Shown here one piece after another: positions 26,605 to 36,505 of a stretch of 64,000 bases of DNA; position 1 is the stretch's first letter, and each line of letters begins with the position of its first letter. This DNA comes from Marsupella aquatica (Eukaryota > Plantae > Marchantiophyta), in assembly GCA_973895155.1 (NCBI GenBank), contig OZ316897.1, positions 4,124,211-4,188,210 on the forward strand, written 5' to 3'. Under the pieces are notes generated by a model, which had not been told where the DNA came from, did no database searches, and was given only the letters and a program-made list of their open reading frames with translations. The translations under genes and the position numbers were made by a program.

Positions 26605-27135
26605 ATGCTGCAGTCCTTTGACATGAATCAAAAATCTCATCGTCAAATGATGATGGAGCGCATTGCACGTGCAAAGGTTATGAACCGAAACATGATATGG
26701 AGTCAAGCTGAAGACCTGATACCCGGTCTTCAGGACGATATTGTCGAGAAATATATTTGGCCATTAGTCAAAGAGTTTTTCCACTGTCTTGGGAATTTGT
26801 CGGATACTACGATTAAAAATCGGGTCATTGACTTGATCGCCATTCGAACAGTCAGTAAGAAGTGGTGCCACATAGTTACTTATAGTAGTACTTGGGCGAC
26901 GGTCACCTTGGTAGCTTACGACTTCACTGATAGACCAGGATATGAATCGCTTCGAAGGCATTTGACTTCATGGAGTGTAGCATTCAGATTTACAGAATCC
27001 ATCAGAACTCTCCTACCGCTGGACATTCTGGGTGGATTTGAAGGATCTAAACTTGACACGTTTAGGAACCTTTGGTTTTGGTTAGATGAAAATGAGCGAG
27101 AAGATTGGGTCAGGATAAACATTCCTAAAATGTAA
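26605..27135 (+). CDS. F-box-like protein 3 (176 aa)
   Basis: LIPGLQDDIVEKYIWPLV...IRTVSKKWCHIV; shares RVxDLI and LDExE with paralogue 2. Confidence 0.7.
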   Translation: MLQSFDMNQKSHRQMMMERIARAKVMNRNMIWSQAEDLIPGLQDDIVEKYIWPLVKEFFHCLGNLSDTTIKNRVIDLIAIRTVSKKWCHIVTYSSTWATVTLVAYDFTDRPGYESLRRHLTSWSVAFRFTESIRTLLPLDILGGFEGSKLDTFRNLWFWLDENEREDWVRINIPKM

Positions 27136-27929
27136 TTTGGCACAACGCGACCATGCGCGTGTTAGTATTTTATAATAAACGTTTAACTTTCAATATTTAT
27201 CTCTGTTTCAGAATGGATCCTACCGGAACCTCAAAGCGGAAAAGAGACTCGTCTAAAGCTGCTTCTCGAAAGAAAACCAAGACAAAAATGACTCCCGCGG
27301 AGACATCCATACTTGCATATCGAGGAAAGTCAATCAGAGAGAGAACAACGGAGACAAAGAGTATCCATCTCTTTGAATCGACTGAGATATCCGATTTTGG
27401 AATAGTCGTTCGCAATGGGGCTGTCCGTCTTGTGGTGGCAAGAAATGATAAAACTACAGTTTTGGAGAGATCAAAAATTCTCGGGTGTTTCTTTGAGAAG
27501 AACATGAAAGTTAAAGAGTGTACAAAGGGATTGGTTCTGCTAGTCAGCGACGACTAGCAGGAAGACAAAATAAGCATTTGTTTGGATCGAACGCAATATG
27601 TAACCTTCAATCAGCCCAGAATCGATGATCTTCTAGGTGCAAGGCACGCCTTGGAAAAGGTTACTAGTGTGGGATATCCTTCCGATCTAGAGGCATCAAC
27701 GGGAGATTTGATTTGTCAATACATTATTGACGTACTTGAGTTCCAGAGAGTTCCTTTCAACCAGGGATTTCGCTTGGGAAAGGCCCCGCCAGTGAGCAAG
27801 GTTGAAGTATACTCGGCGGAGAATCTTCCGAAAGTAATTACCTCAGCGAATGTCGGGGCTCTGTTCGATTCTTTCCTCAAAGAATATAGTGCTGTGAATA
27901 TATTTAACAGCAAGTCATTTTTTGTTGAG

Positions 27930-28340
27930 ACATCACGTTGTCATCTTGCACCGGACCACATCAAGTGCCAAGAGTGGAATCAGGATTACACAGATAGGCT
28001 AAAGAATTCACTCCTCTCTCATTCGGCTATAAAGTTCGAGAAGCGATGCTGCTTTTTAGTCCCTGTGAAGTGGGTTCAGTCGGAGGCCGACAGAGATCCC
28101 GACTACAATGGGACGCCCTACAATTCATCGCCAAAGGAGGAGGACATTATGACCAGTCATTTCTGGATACTCAAAGGCCAGCACACAATAATGGCGTACA
28201 AATTGCTGAGAGAGGACGACAAAGTCAGCCAAGTTGTACGAGATGCTTGCGATACTGTAGAAGCTGTAATGTTTTGGGCAACGCTCAACAACGACAATAA
28301 TGTTCATTTGATGGGATTATCGAAAGCTCTGAACCACTGT
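27930..28340 (+). other. ParB/Srx-like domain within the large gene
   Basis: IKCQEWNQDYTDRLKNSLL...CFLVPV...FWILKGQHTIMAYKLL...VEAVMF resembles the ParB/DGQHR pattern. The Arg of GxxRxxA is replaced by Thr. Confidence 0.5.
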
Positions 28341-29339
28341 CATCAAACATCAATGGAAGAAGGACAGTTTCTCACCATTGTACGATAGTGTCGTAATATC
28401 TGGAACTCATTTGGGCGGCCTGGATCACATTATCGTCATCCAAATTGGAAGGTATATAAATAATCCTCTTCGATCATATTATCGTATAAACTTTTGTCAC
28501 GCGAACGGTCACGTCAAGCTTAGAATTGTCATGTTTCCATTGTTTTTCAGGTATTTATGAGAGCTACAAGTTTTGTTTGCCCATGGGCTCAAATGGGGAA
28601 GAACGAAATGATGAAATTTGGAGAATTGGCTCCGTTTCTCTTTACAATGGAGGACGAAACATTCAAGAAGTGGATGAAGGTCTACGAACTATCAAGGACA
28701 TGAGAGCTTGTAATTTACAATGGAATTTTACAGAGGGACGCCGTCAAAATTGTGGATAATCCGTGTGCTTATCATCTTCTGAAGAAGACGTTTCGTTCTT
28801 GTCAAGGGTGCTCAAACTTGGTTCTTCGAAAGGCAGCGGAATATATGTTGAGCAGAAGATTGTCTATACTCAAAAACCAAAGCATCAAAGTGAAATCTGG
28901 GAAGGCGAGGAAGTCCTCTGAGGCTCCAGTGTTGTCAACGACCAGCATGAGTTTGGAGCAATTATGTATAAAGAAGAAGACAAAAGTTGAGTTTGAGATT
29001 TTATTATTGAGTAAACTCAACGGGGAAACATCCACCCGGACGGAGCTGAAAAGTTTGACAGATTCAGCGCAGAAATTGCGGGTCAAAAGAATGATTGATC
29101 GCTTTAAGCTTGACAAGATGGTGCTGAAGCAGTTGAGAGATGCGTTGAGTGGTTATCTAAAGAAGTGCTTAAATATAAATATTAGTAATGATAATTTGTT
29201 GAAGGAGATTGACCCTATATTCTACAGGTTGGTGGAAGGAATACAGAAATCAGTTGATAGTCAAGGAAACCAACTAGTGCGGCCGGTCGGTGAGAGGCTG
29301 AAATTGCGATCCCTACAGGATATACAAAATGTTGGGTTT

Positions 29340-29990
29340 GCAGATTGTATCATAGGTGAAGACAAGAACCTTGCGAGCTTGATTTATTTTGATCCCTCAT
29401 CAATGGGAGATTTGCGTCCGCCAAATTTCTCATTCTATGAGGGGTTATTTCGTGCTACTAGCGAGATAGGGGCAAAACCACACCATGTGGTTATTATTGT
29501 AGCCTCTCCCATTGAGTCTTACTTAATCAAACGGGAATTAGGGAAGTACACACACTACGTTGCTGTCGATAGCCATTATATTCAGAAGAGGCCGAAGGAG
29601 AAGAAGCTTATTGTAACCTACGCTTTTCACAGCTTGGCCTTCAGCACAATGGGCGATCCACAAGCCCTCGAGTTCCAATTGGTCTCCAAATATCAGATTG
29701 AGAAGATAGTCAATTTTGAAGAGAGCGGCGAGTTCACGACACCTTCCCCAGAAAAGATACTTCCATTCTTTGAAAGTATTGTTAGTCAATTCGTCCAATG
29801 TGGGGAATGGGCTATATGCTTCGGTGAGGGAACAAACTTGATCCAGTGCTTAATGGTAAGTTTTGAGATTTATATTTTGGGGTTTCGATTTTAAGATTAT
29901 TTAGATTATTATATTCTCAATTAATGGCTTTTTTACAGGATGCTGGATCCTATGTAAAATATTACTGCCCTGTAGCAACGCATAGGGAGT
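29340..29990 (+). other. Degenerate beta-class (N4C/N6A) DNA methyltransferase-like domain within the large gene
   Basis: ASLIYFDPSS (cf. DLIxxDPPY) is followed ~120 aa later by PEKILPFFESIVSQFVQCGEWAICFGEGT...DAGSYV (cf. xKPxxLLxxLIxxxSxxGDxVLDPFxGxG...GR). The motif order fits the beta class. Confidence 0.45.
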
Positions 29991-30674
29991 TGTCTTGTTT
30001 CTTGCAACACACCACGGCGACAATTGATACAACGCTGTCATTGATTGACCCAGTACGGGCTAGTATAGAAAAATGTATAGATAAATTAATGAAGTACCGT
30101 CCATCCGTAACTGCTCTCAGGGCTGATGTTTTGGATGTCCTCCACGAACAACATATCCCTGATAATATTTGTAATCAATTATTGCAAGAGTATGCACTCT
30201 CTGAAGATTCCGATCGATTGTACATTCGACCAACGAAGTACCCTAGTGGGCCAATCCAAGGTAAGTTACTTTTGAAACCTCTTACTTTTTATTGCGTCAC
30301 ACGAACATGCGCGTGGATATTCATAACATTTCTTTTCACGCAAATATGCGCGTGAGTCATTCTTATCAAATGATCTGATTTTATTCAGATCAAGTCGACT
30401 GCGGCTTCAATGTTGAGGATGCAGGGAGCAATGGTGATGCGGATGGTGAGGGGGAAGGTGACGCGGATGGGGATGTCAATGACCAAGATCCAGAGTGGAT
30501 GACCGATACGCAGAACGACGTCGGAGATTCCGACAATAGAGGAGATGAAGAGAGTGACGGAGAGGAGATGAAGGACGCTGAGGACGCTGATGAAGAGGAC
30601 GAGGAGATGGAGGGTTCCAAGGACGCTGAGGACTCTGATGAAGAGGCCACACAGGAGCCTCGACATGAGGTGGA

Positions 30675-31275
30675 CCAAGAGGAGGCGGCCCGGCAGGAGG
30701 AGGCCAAAGAGGAGGCGGCCCGGCAGGAGGCGGCCCAACAGGAGGAGGCCAGGCTGGAGGAGGCCAGGCTGGAGGAGGCCCGGCAGGAGGCGGCCCGGCA
30801 AGAGGAGCTTCAAAAGAAGGAAGCGGCCCGGCAGGAGGCGGCCCGGCAAGAGGATCTTCAAAAGAAGGAGGCGGCCCGGCAGGAGGAGGCGTCCCGACAA
30901 GAGGCGGCCCGGCAAGAGGAGCTTCAAAAGAAGGAGGTTAAGAAGAAAAAGGCAGCAGCTAGAAAAGCAACTGCCGCGAAGAAGAAGGAGAAAGCCCAGG
31001 CGGAGAAAGCGGATGCCGAGAAAGCCCAGGCTGAGGAAGCCCAGGCGGAGAAAGCCCAGGCGGAGAAAGCCCAGGCTGAGAAAGCGGAGGCTGAGAAAGC
31101 GGAGGCTCAGAAAGCGGAGGCCGAGAAAGCCCAGGCTCAGAAAGCGGAGGCTGAGAAAGCCCAGGCGGAGAAAGCCCAGGCGGAGAAAGCGGAGACTGAG
31201 AAAGCCCAGGCGGAGAAAGCCCAGGCGGAGAAAGCCCAGGCTGAGAAAGCCCAGGCTGAGAAAGTGGAGGCTGCG
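30675..31275 (+). repeat. Coding 15-bp repeats (EAARQ, then AEKAQ)
   Basis: Arrays of caggaggcggcccgg and gcggagaaagcccag in ORF 30499..31680. Confidence 0.95.
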
Positions 31276-32294
31276 AGAGTCCTTTTAGTGATAGAGGAAA
31301 ATAGGGCCAAGGCGGAGAGTGAGGCGGCTGAGAGGCTGCTGGCCGAGAGGATGGCGGACAAGACCGCAAGACCGGAGAGGGTGGAGGCGGAGAAGTTGGA
31401 GGCGGAAAAGGTTGATTCCGCAAGACTGGAGAGAGAAGAAGCCGCAAGACTGGAGGCAACGAGGAAGGAGGCCGAGAGGGCCAAGGATCTTTCGCTTATT
31501 CCTGAGGCACAACGTCTACCAAAAATAAGGCTGAATTTGAAGAAGCCTTCTTCACCCTCAGTTGCAGTTAAGAAGAAAATATTAGACTATTTTCTTCGCC
31601 CGGAGTTTGAATTTAATGATCCACCCTTAAGTACGGTCTCGTTGGATGATTGGAATAAATATTCACCGGAGCAGCTTTGAGTCCAGGCAGTCCTTGCTTT
31701 GCAATATTGGAAGGGTCTTTTGATTACCGAGGAGAAGACTGCCACTGCATCCAGAATGGAGACAATCATCAATAATGTCCGCTTTTCCGAGAATCGAGTG
31801 CAAGACCTGGGAACGTTTTTGGCACCAGACTCGGCTCAAGTCGTTAAGAGACTAACAGCTGACTTGATGCGACCGGGTTTGTGGTCTCGACCCCGATATA
31901 TTGCAGAGGTGACTCGCGCAGAAATTGTGGCACCGGATATTTTGGAATCGGATTCCCAGATTGTGGAATATTTGAATCAAATGCCACAACCATTTGAAGG
32001 TCTTCCCGCCTCATCGCTCCAACCTTCGCAAACTGGTCCGGTGGAGCGATCACTGCGGTCTCGAGGAGGGCTGAAGGATGTTGTTGCGATTAAGGCACCC
32101 AAGAGATCAGCTGCGAAAAGGCCGGATCCACCCAATCCAAAGGTCATTTGCAAGCTATAAGCTTAAAGTTTCTATTATAGACGTCATTATTTTATTATTG
32201 ATTTGTTATTGTTTTTGTTTTCTGAGGCTACAACCCTTAGGCTACAACCTCAGTACGTTATTTGAAGGCGTACTGAAATCTCTGTTTTTTGCAG

Positions 32295-33083
32295 TTTTTT
32301 GAAAATTTGGCTAGTCGAATAGATCAATGCCTTGATCCTTCTAAGGATATGGAAGAGCTATTGACCAAGTTCTTACAACACTCGATCAAGAGGAAACATA
32401 TGATGTGTTTGAGACCGCGCGAGTTGCTCACCGATGATATAATTAACGCTTATTTGAGTTTTCTCGAACTGATTCTCGATAGAGTTGGAAAGTCAGACCT
32501 TGTCAAATTCTTCCAAACACACCATTTTGAGCTTCTCTCCATGGATCCTACCATTTTCGACGAGGAGAGAGCAGCTTGGACAAAGGAGTTTTCGCTAAAA
32601 ATCAGTGAATACGAGAAACTGGTCTTTCCAGTACACAATGCTGTGAAAGAACATTGGTCATTGGTAGTCTTGTATCCAAAGGAGAAACGGTTGGAGTACC
32701 TAGATTCTCTAGTTCATAATCGACAAAATCCTGGGGTGCTAGATATTGTTGGGAAGTACTACGCCGACAAAATTGGCTGGAGAACTGGTGTCAACTTGGA
32801 TCTCTCAGGTTGGGAACGGATATATCGGAATGATATTCCTCACCAGAGTGACGGCCACAGTTGTGGTGTGTTTATCTTGAGATACGCCAAGTGCTTGTGT
32901 CAAGGAAACGAAACTAATTTTGCCGCGGATCAAATTGAGAAATTCCGTAGGGAGATAGTCTTGTCGTTATTTGACATGGACTTCCGCAAGCCGACGTCCG
33001 CAAGTAACCTAGTTACCGGGATCCGTGCTGCTATGATTGACATTTCCGGCGGAATTCCAGCACTGAACGACCGTCTTGTACAA
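32295..33083 (+). CDS. Ulp1/SENP-family (peptidase C48) SUMO-protease exon
   Basis: LRPRELLTDDIINAYL, LVFPVH...EHWSLVV, YLDSL, PHQSDGHSCGVFILRYA: His-Asp-Cys triad and oxyanion Gln intact. Confidence 0.92.
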
Positions 33084-33304
33084 GTAATACACTTCATTTC
33101 AGTGTCTCTCTTTGTAGTCACGTGACCGTTCGCGTTATAAACTTATTTTCATTTCTTAATGTTTTACAGAAGCCTATCCCGAAACCCCCTGATCGAGTAT
33201 CGAAGGCACCAGTCTGAAAGTCCGGTGATCGTCCGGAGGCGGGAAACAAACAGACCATTCTAGTACGTTCTCCAAACCCTGCGGCACAAAAATCACAGGT
33301 ACAG

Positions 33305-34075
33305 ATGGCGCCTAATCCATCGGCAAAGAAGTCACCGGTTCAAAAGAGACTTGTAATTTTCGATATGAATCGGGTACTTATCTGGTCAGAGAAGATCAGC
33401 CCTGGGATGCCCATTCGGTCAAGGGGTGTGAGACAGATGCACAAGGTTATCTATCCAAGGCCTGATTTAATGGAATTTCTTGAGAAGGTGGCAGATCTAT
33501 ACGACATTGCGATCTGGTCGTGCATGTTCAAACAGAATATTCTATCTTGTGTAAGGCTGATACTTCGACCCGAAGTTTTGAAACGTATTAAATTTATATG
33601 GGGACAAGAATCAACTCGACTTATTGGGAAGAATAATAATGACATCCCTTTATTTGTCAAATGTCTCTCGGACATTGCCGCCGATATTAAAGATTACAAC
33701 ATCAAGAATGTCATTCTTATCGATGACGCTGCATATAAGACGAGCCTTAATGACTTCTATTCATCGCTGTATCCCGATGCATATTCTGGGCTCGATGATG
33801 ACCTGTTTTTTAGAAAGAAACTATATCCATATCTATGCGACATATCAATTGACAAGTTGACATTCCGCGAGCTCCTTAGTGGATATGGGATTCCAACGTT
33901 CTCTCAAGAAAATCTTGAGAAAGATTATATTGATAAGACGAATCTTTGGAGGAGAAACGTGATCATTCGTAATCAGGGGAATAAAGACCATTTAGAAAAG
34001 TTTGACAAATTTATGAAATACTTATCTGCCAAAAAAGACCGTGCTATAGAAGCCCGGGATAAGTCCAATAAGTAA
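33305..34075 (+). CDS. FCP1/NIF-like HAD phosphatase domain 1 (C-terminus of the large gene)
   Basis: LVIFDMNRVLI, PRPDLMEFL, YDIAIWS, FIWGQE, VKCL, NVILIDDAAYK. Confidence 0.85.
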   Translation: MAPNPSAKKSPVQKRLVIFDMNRVLIWSEKISPGMPIRSRGVRQMHKVIYPRPDLMEFLEKVADLYDIAIWSCMFKQNILSCVRLILRPEVLKRIKFIWGQESTRLIGKNNNDIPLFVKCLSDIAADIKDYNIKNVILIDDAAYKTSLNDFYSSLYPDAYSGLDDDLFFRKKLYPYLCDISIDKLTFRELLSGYGIPTFSQENLEKDYIDKTNLWRRNVIIRNQGNKDHLEKFDKFMKYLSAKKDRAIEARDKSNK

Positions 34076-34200
34076 ATGTTTATTGTTTATTATCAATTAT
34101 TATTTATAAATTGATTGAAATTGAACTTTTGGGAGTGACGCGCCCGGTCGCGTGGTTGTTTGCAATTGCATAATATGAGAATCGAATTGTTCATTTATAG

Positions 34201-34908
34201 GTGTCTAAGTGGAGCAGGTCGCGTCAACTTCTAGTTTTAGGACTGGAAAACTTCCTGTGCTCTGTTTCAAAATATACTCCTCAGCTCAAGTCGGCACTCG
34301 GAATTCGTATCGGATCTCTATGTGTCGTTCCGAGGCCGCATCTTCATGATCTTATAAAATTCTGTTATGATCATTTTGATGTGATGGTCTAGTCTATTCT
34401 CGACGATAAACTAGTTTATCAGATACTTTCAGAAGTGTTGTCGAGCACCGACCTGTCGCAACTGATATATGTGTTCACGCGGGATCATTGCTGGAATCTT
34501 GGTTATGTGAAGAAAAATTATAAGACTGTTGTCTTCAAATCTATCGAGAGACTACGTGATATGTTTCAAGATTATCGACCAGAGAATATAATCCAGATTG
34601 ATGCCTGTCCTTCCCATACATGCCAGACAGCTGTATGCGGATTATTGTTCGCTAAGTTGTTTCAAGGATCGTTGGATGATGTCTTTTTGAGGGATGACCT
34701 CATTCCATATTTACGAAAGCTATCAAATTCAGGGCTTTGTCTTGCGTTCGCTAACAAGTTCAATTATCCCATCTGGTTGATTAGAAATCTACATCGAGAT
34801 TGGGATTTGAACGAGGATATATGGGAGCATTTGTACGTGCAGAGACATGCGGATCAAGTTCTTATCAAGCACTTCAACAGACGTCACTTATCAATGGCTA
34901 GAGTGTAG
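34201..34908 (+). pseudogene. FCP1/NIF-like paralogue 2, in-frame stop at 34390 (Trp TGG>TAG)
   Basis: LLVLGLENFL, PRPHLHDLIKF, FDVMV*S, NIIQIDACP, DDVFLRDDLIPYL. ORFs 34201..34392 and 34435..34908 share a frame. Confidence 0.8.
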
Positions 34909-34994
34909 AGGATGTTTTCTCTGTAATATGTGATGCGACCATTCGCGTGACTACATCCATACGGGCTCATGCATCTTCTTGTGTTTCTCTACAT

Positions 34995-35743
34995 GAGATT
35001 CATTGCAGCAGAGAAAACGGGCTCATAGTTTTAGACGTGGAGCATCTACTCTGTTACACTGCACCGCATTCCCGACTGATGGCGGTCTCAACTGGAATTC
35101 GGATTGGGAATATATATACGTTTTTCCAAGGCCTCATCTTCACGAATTCTTGAGATTCTATTTTGAGAATTTCGATGTAGGGATCTGGTCCTCTCTTGGG
35201 AACAACCTTTTAGATCAGATTTTAGCATCTATTTTTACTGCGATGGAAATGGCCTCATTTAAGTATATTTGGGATCAGTCTCATTGTTACTTATGCAATG
35301 GGGTGACATCAAATAAGCGGATATTTTTGAAGTGTTTTGAGAAGGTTGGAATTTATACGAAGGCGTATCTGCAGCAAAATATAATGCTTATCAAATCCGA
35401 TGCATTTCATGCTTGTTTAGATCCTGTTGTTGGATCATTATTTCCGCCCAAATATTTTGGGTCGGTCGACGACAATTTCCTGATTAACTTGCTGATTTCG
35501 TATCTTAGCAAGCTAGCAAACTCTTGTGAGCCGCTTGTCATTGCCAATGGAAGAGATTATCCAGATTGGTCAGTTAAATCTATTTTTAGAGATTATGATT
35601 ATAATCATACTCTATGGGAAGACCCTATGATTCAGAGGCATGGAGATAGATATCTAGTAGAGCAATTTAAACAGACGCCCAATTTTGGACGCTTCCAAAA
35701 TAATAGTCGGCATGAGATCAGATTAATTTGTATGTCGTTCTAG
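34995..35743 (+). pseudogene. FCP1/NIF-like paralogue 3, frameshift in a (TA)n run near 35115
   Basis: LIVLDVEHLL...GIRIGN in one frame, then YVFPRPHLHEFLRF..FDVGIWSS..YIWDQSHC in the other. Confidence 0.8.
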
Positions 35744-35924
35744 AAACTATTTGTAAACTCCTTATATACTGGTTATCATATATAAAGGATCTCAAATATT
35801 TATTTCTCTATTATTATTATTTGCGTGAGCATGTCTCTTGGTCCCGTCAAGTTGGATTGGTTAAAATGTGACGTTGCAGTCATTTTCAGGGTTTCATGCG
35901 CAGCCACGCGTCATGTCGCCCCCT

Positions 35925-35993
35925 TTTTATTAAAATAATAATATTTAGTGATTTTCGGAATTTCCAAAGTTCGGTTTTCCTTAAATTGGGGTT
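35925..35993 (-). repeat. Right terminal inverted repeat; TSD TTAA at 35994-35997
   Basis: ttccttaaattggggtt at 35977-35993. Confidence 0.9.
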
Positions 35994-36505
35994 TTAATTG
36001 TCATATATAGCAACAACAATAATGTTTTTTCAAGAACCTTGATTCTCCGAGACTGTTGTTGCTCTTCCACTCTGAGTAAGGGGAGCGATACCAGTCTCAT
36101 CAACATATATATCACTCAGATTGGGAGGTGCTCTCGAACTTGTTGTAGGGGACGTTGGTTTTTGAGAGGATATGATTGGCTGACTAGTAAGGATTGCATC
36201 TAATTATATACAATTGCTGTCAACTTCTATATATTGTGATTCTCCAATTAATTAAATGGTGGATCTATGAGCTAAAAGACTGGCAAGGCTCACATCTCTC
36301 TAGCTTTCATTGACTCCGAGCTAGTTGGATTCTCTAGTATGTAGATCTATAATTGAACATAGCTAGATCTTACCGGTAATTAGCTATCAATTGCATCTTT
36401 CAACTATTGTGCACTTTATTAATTGAGGGTGCAAACATGGGATCATTAATTTGGCACTTTGAACTCACTACGTACATATGTACCTGTTGGAATATATATA
36501 TATAT

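Larger units (their letters stand above)
27213..34075 (+). pseudogene. Six-exon multidomain gene (~2104 aa): ParB-like, beta-class amino-MTase-like, acidic/EAARQ/AEKAQ repeats, Ulp1 (C48) protease, FCP1/NIF HAD domain; five in-frame stops, no frameshifts
   Basis: Exons 27213-28451, 28551-29855, 29939-30260, 30389-32142, 32295-33083 and 33170-34075 join through GT-AG introns with matching phase (6315 nt = 2105 codons). Stops at 27555, 28386, ~28701, 31678 and 33215, each with coding-like sequence continuing in frame. Confidence 0.75.
16071..35993. mobile_element. Giant (19,923 bp) TIR DNA transposon, Sola-like (DUF7869-type transposase), with multi-gene cargo; this copy is non-autonomous
   Basis: TTAA|AACCCCAATTTAAGGAA (16071-16087) and TTCCTTAAATTGGGGTT|TTAA (35977-35993) are exact inverted repeats with a TTAA duplication. 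Similarity continues inward (aattcc...ctaaatattatta). The transposase remnant lies just inside the left end. An element-specific palindrome is confined between the ends. Confidence 0.85.

Noticed and set aside
30385-31528. Arg-rich, Leu/Pro-rich and antisense ORFs
   Set aside because: Alternative frames of the 15-bp coding repeats.
27555-33217. Programmed readthrough or RNA editing of the in-frame stops
   Set aside because: The same stop spectrum affects unrelated elements in the window, so 5mC deamination is the simpler explanation.
16071-35993. piggyBac, Polinton/Maverick or endogenous giant virus
   Set aside because: TTAA fits piggyBac but the transposase motif does not. No PolB, integrase, capsid or packaging ATPase was seen, and the genes have spliceosomal introns.
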